A DNA stretch of 12,550 nt, taken from Nanopusillaceae archaeon. Its GTDB lineage: Archaea; Nanobdellota; Nanobdellia; Nanobdellales; Nanobdellaceae. Shown one piece after another: positions 1 through 7,255 of this stretch; the first letter of the stretch is position 1, and the number at the start of each line of letters is the position of its first letter. The translations under genes were made by a program, and so were the position numbers. Below the pieces are notes generated by a model that worked only from the letters and a program-made list of their open reading frames with translations, made no database searches and had not been told where the DNA came from. Location: assembly GCA_049973735.1 (NCBI GenBank), contig JBMFJL010000012.1, positions 1 through 12,550 of the forward strand. The letters run 5' to 3'.

Positions 1-453
1 TGCCGTTCCTTTATTACCTCCTGCAGCAATTAAAATATATACAGTATAATTTTGTCCTGATAAAGTAAAAGAAAAACTACCAGTAGGAGATTTTGTATAT
101 GTATTTGTATAAGTTGTTATTATAGAAAATACAGAATAATTATTTATGCTTATCCCTCCTAAAGCATAAGATGTTGCAGTAGTAGTGATAGAACAACTGT
201 TTGTGGAAGAATTACCAATAACTGCATAGCCACCATTATTTACAAGTGCTGTAAAGCCAGGGGTGATTGTACCTCCATTTGTTCCTGCAACACAAAAATA
301 ATCATTTGCAGAAGATAATGTTATAGATGTAGTTGTAGTTGAAGTATTGCTTCCTATTAAAACTGCTCCAACTTGTGCATATATACTATTACTTATTAGT
401 ATTAATATAGAAGCGAACAAAGATATAATATATTTTATAGATTTAATTCTCAT
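1..453 (-). CDS. Secreted Ser/Thr/Asn-rich protein, N-terminal part only (C-terminus lies beyond the left window edge)
   Basis: Not in the ORF track because it is open at the window edge. Manual minus-strand translation from the ATG at 453-451 gives MRIKSIKYIISLFASILILISNSIYAQVGAVLIGSNTSTTTTSITLSSANDYFCVAGTNGG...SFSFTLSGQNYTVYILIAAGGNKGTA, open for all 151 codons down to position 1. The basic n-region, hydrophobic core and IYA|QV site resemble a Sec signal peptide. The mature part has almost no K/R/E/D and carries four N-x-S/T sequons. A BRE/TATA-like element lies 23-40 nt upstream. Confidence 0.5.
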   Translation of the reverse strand, partial: MRIKSIKYIISLFASILILISNSIYAQVGAVLIGSNTSTTTTSITLSSANDYFCVAGTNGGTITPGFTALVNNGGYAVIGNSSTNSCSITTTATSYALGGISINNYSVFSIITTYTNTYTKSPTGSFSFTLSGQNYTVYILIAAGGNKGTA

Positions 454-475
454 AATAGAAAATTAAAAATCTTGA

Positions 476-493
476 TAAATAAAAAGGTTTGTT
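476..493 (-). promoter_or_regulatory. Putative BRE/TATA promoter of the secreted-protein gene
   Basis: The minus strand reads AACAAACC-TTTTTATTTA, at -23 to -40 from the ATG at 453. This spacing fits an archaeal TATA box with a leaderless or near-leaderless transcript. It shares 11 bp with the archaellin-like gene promoter. Confidence 0.35.
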
Positions 494-582
494 TTTGTAT
501 GTTTTAAAACATTATTGATAATCAATATCGAAATTTAATATAATTATAATTCTATTTTATTAAAATTCAATAAAAATTCGCT

Positions 583-608
583 AAATAAACAAAAATGAAA
601 GCGAAAAA
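583..608 (-). terminator. Putative oligo-T archaeal terminator after the two class-III-signal genes
   Basis: Immediately after the TAA stop (611-609) the minus strand reads TTTTTCGCTTTCATTTTTGTTTATTT. Multiple T-tracts are the known archaeal intrinsic termination signal, but T-tracts are also common by chance in AT-rich DNA. Confidence 0.3.
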
Positions 609-1223
609 TTATTGAGAAGCTATATAATTTATAGAACTACAGGATGCATATCCTGTATATGGATTTACATTACATGCCATCATATTAGTATATGATGTTG
701 GATGAATAGTTATTTTCATTCCCATTTCTAAATTACTTCTAGACCAATTTATTGTTTCATTTAAACATCCAGACAGCAATGTTAATGTTACAAATGCATA
801 TGAGTGTGGTGGTATTACTTCTCCAAATGAAATTGTTTTATTTTCTTTTGGTAGGAATACGTCTTCAGCTACTCCTATTGTTGCTGCATCGCTTGAAGAT
901 TGGAATATAATCATAGAACAAAATTTATTTAAATTGTTTGGATCTACAAAATCAATTGTCCATTGATTTAATGGAATAGGTTCATTTCCTAGATTGAATA
1001 TTGTAAAGTTTACTATTGCAACAGTACCAAATTCTTGATATACTACGTCACTTACCTGGAATTGTGGTATAATACTTTTTTCTTGAATATTTTGTGTTTT
1101 TGCAATAACCATGCCAGAACCTTTTAAATATGATCCAACTATTATATAAGTTGATACTGTTACAGCTATAGCTAAAAATGTAAAAAGAAGAAGAGATCCA
1201 AAAGGATTATCTTGCCCTTTCAT
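609..1223 (-). CDS. Type IV pilin/archaellin-like protein with class III (prepilin-type) signal peptide
   Basis: 204-aa ORF. The N-terminus MKGQDNPFGSLLLFTFLAIAVTVSTYIIVG has a short basic leader ending in KG, followed by a hydrophobic helix, and parallels the upstream gene (MKGQSGFGAMVLFIATALTAALAAF). It has four N-x-S/T sequons (NFT, NKT, NET, NWS) and four Cys. The start lies 1 nt after the upstream gene's stop, so the two are probably co-transcribed and coupled. Confidence 0.55.
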   Translation of the reverse strand: MKGQDNPFGSLLLFTFLAIAVTVSTYIIVGSYLKGSGMVIAKTQNIQEKSIIPQFQVSDVVYQEFGTVAIVNFTIFNLGNEPIPLNQWTIDFVDPNNLNKFCSMIIFQSSSDAATIGVAEDVFLPKENKTISFGEVIPPHSYAFVTLTLLSGCLNETINWSRSNLEMGMKITIHPTSYTNMMACNVNPYTGYASCSSINYIASQ

Positions 1224-1224
1224 T

Positions 1225-1812
1225 TTATCCGTATAATACTACAACTGGATATATCATTGCGCCTGGTGTTGTTCCCGCTAAATCATATGGTTGTCCGTTT
1301 GGAGGTACTAATGAAACTTCCCATGCTTGTGATGTTCCGAATGTGAAGTTTGTGTAGACTACTAATGCTGCTAAGTCATTTGGTCCCAATACTCCGTTGT
1401 ACAATAATCCTGAATTACTTACAGAATTTTGTTGATCAATATAATAATATCCTGTATAGCTTGTTACTAGTGAAGGATCTGCTACTACTCCTCCATATGA
1501 GAATACTTGTCTACCTTCTGCAGAATATACTATTACTGGTGTTTGTGTCAATAATATTGGTTGGGATCCTGGTACTAATCTTGTGTATACTAATAATTTG
1601 CTGAATGTTTGTGTAGTTGTATTTACATCTATTGCTTCTACTCTAACTACTTCTACAGATGTACCTGATGTTCTTACTGCTTGTGTTGCTGCTGCTGCTG
1701 CATGACCTTGTGCGCTAGAGGTTGTGGATACGATTACAAAAGCCGCCAATGCTGCTGTTAATGCTGTTGCTATAAATAACACCATTGCACCAAAACCAGA
1801 TTGGCCTTTCAT
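1225..1812 (-). CDS. Archaellin (archaeal flagellin FlaB/ArlB)-like filament protein
   Basis: 195-aa ORF. It starts with the class-III signal MKG|QSGFGAMVLFIATALTAALAAFVIVSTTSSAQ. Later segments (LVYTRLVPGSQPILLTQTPVIVY; VSLVPPNGQPYDLAGTTPG) resemble the conserved archaellin body as I recall it. It has only 2 Lys in 195 aa and is rich in A/V/T/S/G. The gene is visibly more GC-rich than its neighbours. Confidence 0.6.
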   Translation of the reverse strand: MKGQSGFGAMVLFIATALTAALAAFVIVSTTSSAQGHAAAAATQAVRTSGTSVEVVRVEAIDVNTTTQTFSKLLVYTRLVPGSQPILLTQTPVIVYSAEGRQVFSYGGVVADPSLVTSYTGYYYIDQQNSVSNSGLLYNGVLGPNDLAALVVYTNFTFGTSQAWEVSLVPPNGQPYDLAGTTPGAMIYPVVVLYG

Positions 1813-1836
1813 AAATACTACTAAGAGAGCTTGGAA

Positions 1837-1852
1837 AATATAAAGGTTTGTT
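1837..1852 (-). promoter_or_regulatory. Putative BRE/TATA promoter of the archaellin-like gene
   Basis: The minus strand reads AACAAACC-TTTATATT, with the TATA at -25 to -32 from the ATG at 1812. This suggests a leaderless mRNA. Confidence 0.4.
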
Positions 1853-1871
1853 AGTCATCATTGTTTTTCAA

Positions 1872-1946
1872 TGCCCCCGCCGGGATTTGAACCCGGGTCA
1901 TAGGGACGAAAACCCTATATCCTAGACCTGGCTAGACGACGGGGGC
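1872..1946 (-). tRNA. tRNA-Glu (anticodon UUC), contiguous, no intron seen, CCA not encoded
   Basis: Hand-folded from the minus strand: GCCCCCG-UC-GUCU-AGCCAGGUCUA-GGAU-A-UAGGG-UUUUCGU-CCCUA-UGAC-CCGGG-UUCAAAU-CCCGG-CGGGGGC-A. The acceptor stem is 7/7 G:C. The T-loop is UUCAAAU, G18G19 are present, and the anticodon loop is UU-UUC-GU. The discriminator is A and is followed by TTG, so CCA is not encoded. Confidence 0.9.
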
Positions 1947-1966
1947 TAATATTCTTAATATAAAAA

Positions 1967-2215
1967 TTAATTTATAAAAATTTTATTCAGCAAGTTTATT
2001 ACTTCTTCTCTTGAAAAATTAATGAATATAATTTCGCCAAAACTATAAATTAATATATTTTTTTCATTATTCTTAAGGGCTATAGAATCTTCATTTTTTT
2101 CAATTAAAACAAAATCTAAAAGTTTTAGTTTTTCTTCTAAGCTATTTAAATCAATTTTTTTGCTAATTTTAACTAAATAATCATTTTTTCCACATAATTC
2201 ATAAATATAATACAT
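1967..2215 (-). CDS. Hypothetical small protein (82 aa)
   Basis: The ORF fills the gap between tRNA-Glu and the sufB promoter, and its composition matches local coding DNA. The segment IALKNNEKNILIYSFGEIIFINFSREEVINLLNKI loosely resembles one repeat of TBP (..[17 protein letters not shown]..). This is not a secure assignment. Confidence 0.45.
   Translation of the reverse strand: MYYIYELCGKNDYLVKISKKIDLNSLEEKLKLLDFVLIEKNEDSIALKNNEKNILIYSFGEIIFINFSREEVINLLNKIFIN
1969..1980 (-). promoter_or_regulatory. Putative TATA box for tRNA-Glu
   Basis: The minus strand reads TTTTTATAAATT at -23 to -34 from the tRNA 5' end (1946). It overlaps the last codons of the 82-aa ORF. Confidence 0.35.
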
Positions 2216-2226
2216 AAAAATTATAT

Positions 2227-2244
2227 TAGAAAAAACTTTATAAG
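2227..2244 (+). promoter_or_regulatory. Putative BRE/TATA promoter of sufB-sufS
   Basis: AGAAAAAAC-TTTATAAG lies at -22 to -39 from the ATG at 2266. Confidence 0.35.
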
Positions 2245-2265
2245 ATTATATAACGTTGTTATAAT

Positions 2266-3651
2266 ATGTTAGAAAAAAAAGAAAACTTTATTGAAAAAGC
2301 AGAGAATATAAAATATGAGTTAATAATAAAGGGACCACTTACTGAAGAAAAAATAAAGATGATTTCAAATATAAAGGGTGAACCGGATTGGATGTTAGAT
2401 ATTAGATTAAAAGCGTTTAAATATTTCGAAAAACTTCCATTACCAGATTTTGGACCAGATTTATTCAAAATTAATTTTGATAATATAGTTTATTATGGTT
2501 CTATTACAAGATATCCAAAACCTGTTAAATGGGAAGAATTACCAGAATATATAAAAGAAACTATAGAAAAATTAGGATTAAAAGAGGAATTTAAATTTTT
2601 AGGAGCATTAAATGTTCAATACGATTCAATACCAATATATAAGGAAGTAAGAAAATATTTAGATCAGGAAGGAATTATATTTACATCATTAGACGAAGGA
2701 GTTAGAGAGTATCCAGAAATAGTTAAAAAATATTTTGCAAAAGTAGTTTCTATAAATGATAATAAATTTGCTGCTTTAAATACATCTGTTTGGTCTGGTG
2801 GAGTATTCATTTATGTTCCTGAAAATAAAAAAGTTGAACTTCCACTTCATGCATATTTTCTAATTAATTTAGAAAATTTAGGCCAATTTGAAAGAACATT
2901 AATAATTGCAGAAAAAAATTCCAAAGTTACTTATATAGAAGGATGTACAGCTCCCATATTTTCATCAAGTCAATTACATGCTGCAGTTGTAGAAATTTTT
3001 GCTAATGATAATTCTCAAGTTACTTATGGTACTATACAGAATTGGTCTAAAAATGTATATAATTTAGTTACAAAGAGAGCGAAGGTTGGAAAAAATTCTA
3101 TAGTAAGATGGATATCTGCGGAATTTGGTAGTAAAGTTACAATGCTATATCCCGGTTTGATTTTGGATGATGATGCTATAGGAGAAATTTATACCATCGG
3201 ATTTGCGACGGATAATCAAATAATAGACACAGGTGGAAGAATAATTGCACTAGGAAAGAATTCTAAAGGCTTTATACTGTCAAAGTCTATAGCAATAGGG
3301 AAAGAAAAAGAAGCAATTTCCATAAATAGAATAGATATAAAGTTAAACAACAATAGTTATGTAATTTCAAAATGCGATTCGTTAATAGAGAATAAGGGAA
3401 AAGTAGAATCTATACCAAGAATTGAAAAATATAGCGAACATAGTTATTATAATCATGAAGCTAAAATGGAAAAAATTGATAATGAAAAGATATTTTATTT
3501 AAAATCTCTAGGATTGGAAGAAAAAGAGGCTAAGAGATTATTTTTACTTGGTTTCTTAGATGATGTATTTCAACATTTTCCTCCATCATATCGTATAGAA
3601 GTTATGAAGTTGGCCAATTTAGAATTAGAAGAAATAGGTGGATTTGGATAA
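2266..3651 (+). CDS. sufB: Fe-S cluster assembly scaffold protein SufB
   Basis: 461 aa. The N-terminal GEPDWMLDIRLKAFKYFEKLPLPDFGP and the C-terminal EKIFYLKSLGLEEKEAKRLFLLGF...LELEEIGGFG match the SufB signature regions (EPxWM...; FYLxSRGIxxxEA) as I recall them. Length is typical for SufB. Confidence 0.88.
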   Translation: MLEKKENFIEKAENIKYELIIKGPLTEEKIKMISNIKGEPDWMLDIRLKAFKYFEKLPLPDFGPDLFKINFDNIVYYGSITRYPKPVKWEELPEYIKETIEKLGLKEEFKFLGALNVQYDSIPIYKEVRKYLDQEGIIFTSLDEGVREYPEIVKKYFAKVVSINDNKFAALNTSVWSGGVFIYVPENKKVELPLHAYFLINLENLGQFERTLIIAEKNSKVTYIEGCTAPIFSSSQLHAAVVEIFANDNSQVTYGTIQNWSKNVYNLVTKRAKVGKNSIVRWISAEFGSKVTMLYPGLILDDDAIGEIYTIGFATDNQIIDTGGRIIALGKNSKGFILSKSIAIGKEKEAISINRIDIKLNNNSYVISKCDSLIENKGKVESIPRIEKYSEHSYYNHEAKMEKIDNEKIFYLKSLGLEEKEAKRLFLLGFLDDVFQHFPPSYRIEVMKLANLELEEIGGFG

Positions 3652-3652
3652 A

Positions 3653-4897
3653 ATGCTAGATCCTTATAAAATAAGGGAAGATTTTCCAATATTGAAAAGG
3701 AAAATAAATGGAAAAGATTTAATCTATTTTGATAATGCAGCAACAACTCAAAAACCATTAAGAGTAATAAATAAATTTTTAGAAGTTTATTCTAATTATT
3801 ATGCCAATATTCATAGAGGAATACATACTTTAAGTATGGAAGCATCAGAAAAATATGAAGAAGCTCATAAATTGGTAGCAGATTTTATTGGCGCAAAAAA
3901 TTGGAGAGAAATAATATTTACTAGAAATACTACAGAATCAATAAATTTGGTAGCATATTCTTATGGTTTAAATGCAGTTAAGAGAGGGGAAAAAATTGTA
4001 ATAACCAAAATGGAGCATCATGCAAATTTAGTACCATGGCAATTTGTTTCAAAAAAGACTGGAGCAAAATTAGAATATATAGAAATAGATAATAATTTTA
4101 GATTAGATATGGAAAGTGTAGAAAAAATAATAGATGATAAAACAAAAATAGTTGCTATAACCCATGCTTCGAATGTTTTAGGTACGATAAATCCGATAGA
4201 AGAAATAATAAAGATTGCGCATGAGCATGGTGCAATTGTTTTAGTTGATGCGGCTCAAAGCATACCACATATTCAAATAGATGTAAAGAAGTATGATGTG
4301 GATTTCTTAGCATTTAGTGCGCATAAAATGATGGGACCAGATGGTATTGGCATATTATATGGAAAAGAAGAAATTCTAGAAAAGATGGAACCATTCTTAT
4401 TGGGTGGAGATATGATAAAGGATGTGGATTTGTATGAATCAAAGTGGAATGATTTACCATGGAAATTTGAAGCAGGTACACCAAATATAGTGGGAGGAAT
4501 AGTATTTGGAGAAACTATAAGATATATAAATGAAATAGGAATAAAGAATATTGAAGAATATGATAAATACATTACAAAATATTTTATAGATAAATATCAC
4601 GAATATAAGAATGATAATTTAATTTTGATTGGACCGGATGATTATCATGATAGAACACCTACTTTTTCTTTCTATACTCCTAAATACAAGTCTCATCAAA
4701 TAGCAAAAATTTTAGATATTAATGGAATTGCTGTAAGATCAGGTTTTCATTGTGCTCATCCACTCTTAAAGAATATAAAAATATTAAATAATACTCTATT
4801 TGACCTTGGAGGTACTTTTAGAGCAAGTTTATACATATATAATACTAGAGAAGAAGTAGATTATTTCTTTGAAATTTTAAATAAGTATATTAAATAA
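3653..4897 (+). CDS. sufS: Cysteine desulfurase, SufS/CsdA-type (class V aminotransferase)
   Basis: Motifs seen: FDNAATTQKP, HHANLVPWQ, the PLP-lysine motif SAHKMMGPDGIGILYGK, and the catalytic-Cys loop VRSGFHCAHP. The ORF track starts at a GTG (3638) that overlaps sufB by 14 nt. I prefer the in-frame ATG at 3653, 1 nt after the sufB stop, with AGGTG 11-17 nt upstream. Confidence 0.88.
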   Translation: MLDPYKIREDFPILKRKINGKDLIYFDNAATTQKPLRVINKFLEVYSNYYANIHRGIHTLSMEASEKYEEAHKLVADFIGAKNWREIIFTRNTTESINLVAYSYGLNAVKRGEKIVITKMEHHANLVPWQFVSKKTGAKLEYIEIDNNFRLDMESVEKIIDDKTKIVAITHASNVLGTINPIEEIIKIAHEHGAIVLVDAAQSIPHIQIDVKKYDVDFLAFSAHKMMGPDGIGILYGKEEILEKMEPFLLGGDMIKDVDLYESKWNDLPWKFEAGTPNIVGGIVFGETIRYINEIGIKNIEEYDKYITKYFIDKYHEYKNDNLILIGPDDYHDRTPTFSFYTPKYKSHQIAKILDINGIAVRSGFHCAHPLLKNIKILNNTLFDLGGTFRASLYIYNTREEVDYFFEILNKYIK

Positions 4898-7217
4898 AAT
4901 TTTCAAGCCATTTATATATTGTTTTTATAGATTTTTTAATGATTCTTCTAGATTCATATTTCTTTAGATCAAAATAGTCCATTATTTTTTTAAAACTCCA
5001 CGAAAGTAAGAATTTAGCAACAAGTATTTCTTCATATTTTTCATCAATCTTTGGTTTATCCTTGTATGTATATAATAAATAATATATATATGATAATTTT
5101 GCTACATCGGCAGCGGCTTCGTAGGTCATTGGAGATTCGAGATATCCTTTCAATCTCTCTAACTGGTTTTCGGTAAGTATTAATTTAAAATGAGGTCTAA
5201 ATTCGTAAGGTGTTTCTAATATTTTTAATATTATTTTTGGTTCTAGGTCAAAATATACATCTGATATTTGATTTATGAACCTCCATCTAAATTCATAATT
5301 TAATTTTTTAATTATTTTTTCGGATTTTTCATTTAATGGTTTAAGAACAATTCCAGAATATTCGCCAGAAACTTTATTTTTTTCTGGGGATAAGTGAATT
5401 AACACAAAATTATTTTTTTGCCAAAAATTAAGAAGTTCATATGTAATACCAAAGCTTGAACCTAGCCAATCATATTTATTTTCTTTTCCCCATTCGTATA
5501 ATTTTTCTAGTGCTATAGATCCTAAACCAAGTCCTTGAATTTCTGGTATTGTAGCAATTCTAACTATTCTCAATCCTCTCAATTTTGCAAATTCTTTTAG
5601 TCTATAATGTTTTACAATAATATCGGGTATAATATTGCCTTTAGGTTTGAAATCTCTTAACATTCTTTCAATTGTTTCATCATCTATGTTACCTTCATAG
5701 GCTACTTGAATACCATTTACAATTTTCCCATTTTTTAGTTCAAGAACAAAAGCATCATGATGTGGTGCATCAGCAAGCATAGCAATATCATTAGGTTTAT
5801 TTTGATAATGTGCAAGTATATATATACCAACAAAATTTTTTAATTTTGGATTATCATTATAAAACCATTCTTTTAATGGTACTTTGTAAAAATTAACTTC
5901 TTTTTTCTTTATAAGTTCTATGTCTTTTTCATTAATCTCTTCTGGTTCAGAATCTAATAATAGAGAGTCATATAACCATTTTTCTATAGGATCTCCATCA
6001 TTGTATCTTATTGGTTCATTCATGAAGTATCTATATATTTTAACGTCCTTCAGGCTGTTTAGGTATTTAATAAATTTCACAGAAAATGATCTTCCAGCTC
6101 CTTCATATCCGTGTATAGTTGAAGAGAAAACAATTTTATTATACTTCTCTGTAAATTTATATAAAAAGTTTATTCCAATTCCGGCAGCTTCATCAACAAA
6201 TAAAAAGTCATATTTTTTCTTTAATATATTTATAGGTTCTCTATATTCAATGTATATCTTATCTTTAATACTTATTTTAGTTCTACTTATTTCTCTAAAT
6301 TCTATTCCATTTTTCTTTAATCCTAATTTTAAAAATTCAAATAATGCTTCTACATTTTCTATTGAAGGAGCAGTTATACCAATATCAAACATCTTTTTCT
6401 TTTCTAATAAAATTTCCGATAGTGCTGCTATTGATAAACCCAGTGAAGCACTTTTACCTCTACCCCTATCTGCAATGATCAGAAAAATACTTTTTTCATT
6501 GTTTAACAAATTTTCTAGCATGTTTAAAACATTAACTTGATCTTGAGTCAAACACAATTTATATATTCTGGGAGAGAATTTGCTATTTTCATTTATAATT
6601 ATTTTTTTCCTTTCAGGTATTTTAATTTCCTCGCATTTATAATCCAAACCCTTTATTAAACCTTTTGATGTATCAAAAATAATTATATTATCGTATTGTA
6701 GCAACTTTTGTTTAAATCTATATTCAAAATATTTTCTAACATCTTCAATCTTGTATGGTGGTGTCAATAAATGTTCGTGAAAAGTTGTTGTATTATTTTC
6801 AAAATTATCAAAGTCTTTAACTAATAGAAAAGCAATTCCCGAACCAGATAAAGTTTCTATTATTATTCCTAAGTGATTTGGTGTTAAAGATTTATACATA
6901 TCCAATATTATAATATCAAATGTTTTGCCTAAAACTTTTTTAGAATCTTTGTACTTAACTTTGATAATTTCAAAATCTTTTAAAAGATCTGCTAAATTTT
7001 CAAATCTATATAGATATTCACCATAAAAATCTTCTGTTACATACAGAATCTTTATATCTTTGTAAATATTTAGATTTTTTAAAAATTCATTATATTTTTT
7101 TATCATTTTATTTAATATTTCAAAATAATTATCTCCAGATATTACTACAATACCTCTATGATTATGGTTAAAGATCTTGCATAATAATGCAGAATAAACA
7201 TTCTCAATATTATTCAT
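4890..7217 (-). CDS. tmcA: tRNA/RNA cytidine N4-acetyltransferase (TmcA / NAT10-Kre33 homologue)
   Basis: 775 aa. Motifs seen: Walker A ADRGRGKSASLG, Walker B FVDEAAGI, the STIHGYEGAGRSF motif, and the GNAT acetyl-CoA motif RIVRIATIPEIQGLGLGSIALEKL. The domain order matches the TmcA family. Confidence 0.85.
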   Translation of the reverse strand: MNNIENVYSALLCKIFNHNHRGIVVISGDNYFEILNKMIKKYNEFLKNLNIYKDIKILYVTEDFYGEYLYRFENLADLLKDFEIIKVKYKDSKKVLGKTFDIIILDMYKSLTPNHLGIIIETLSGSGIAFLLVKDFDNFENNTTTFHEHLLTPPYKIEDVRKYFEYRFKQKLLQYDNIIIFDTSKGLIKGLDYKCEEIKIPERKKIIINENSKFSPRIYKLCLTQDQVNVLNMLENLLNNEKSIFLIIADRGRGKSASLGLSIAALSEILLEKKKMFDIGITAPSIENVEALFEFLKLGLKKNGIEFREISRTKISIKDKIYIEYREPINILKKKYDFLFVDEAAGIGINFLYKFTEKYNKIVFSSTIHGYEGAGRSFSVKFIKYLNSLKDVKIYRYFMNEPIRYNDGDPIEKWLYDSLLLDSEPEEINEKDIELIKKKEVNFYKVPLKEWFYNDNPKLKNFVGIYILAHYQNKPNDIAMLADAPHHDAFVLELKNGKIVNGIQVAYEGNIDDETIERMLRDFKPKGNIIPDIIVKHYRLKEFAKLRGLRIVRIATIPEIQGLGLGSIALEKLYEWGKENKYDWLGSSFGITYELLNFWQKNNFVLIHLSPEKNKVSGEYSGIVLKPLNEKSEKIIKKLNYEFRWRFINQISDVYFDLEPKIILKILETPYEFRPHFKLILTENQLERLKGYLESPMTYEAAADVAKLSYIYYLLYTYKDKPKIDEKYEEILVAKFLLSWSFKKIMDYFDLKKYESRRIIKKSIKTIYKWLENFI

Positions 7218-7255
7218 AATTTATATATTTATAGGGAATAAGTTTTAATTTAGAT

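Noticed and set aside
499-526. Two adjacent palindromes, ATGTTTTAAAACAT (499-512) and ATTGAT-A-ATCAAT (514-526), just upstream of the secreted-protein promoter. They could be an operator.
   Set aside because: In DNA this AT-rich, a rough estimate suggests several perfect 6-7-bp-arm palindromes are expected by chance in 12.5 kb. There is no second copy or other support, so this stays only a weak possibility.
1225-1812. The higher G+C of the archaellin-like gene as evidence of recent horizontal transfer.
   Set aside because: The shift is explained by amino-acid composition: it is rich in Ala/Gly/Val/Thr and poor in Lys, as in extracellular filament proteins. There are no flanking mobile-element signatures. 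The adjacent tRNA is not disrupted and no direct repeats were seen.
3638-3652. GTG start for sufS overlapping sufB by 14 nt.
   Set aside because: An in-frame ATG at 3653 follows the sufB stop by 1 nt, has an AGGTG upstream, and yields a typical SufS N-terminus. The GTG start cannot be excluded.
5920-6540. Long plus-strand ORF (206 aa) inside tmcA. Similar antisense ORFs lie at 1350-1604, 2259-2468, 3570-3758, 4273-4572, 7589-7996, 8306-8632, 9754-10020, 11299-11565 and 12007-12396.
   Set aside because: All lie antisense to, or out of frame within, ORFs with clear family motifs. Their products are low-complexity F/L/I/S-rich strings, as expected from the reverse complement of K/E/N-rich coding DNA. 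Stop codons are also depleted on the antisense strand of such genes. These are shadow ORFs.
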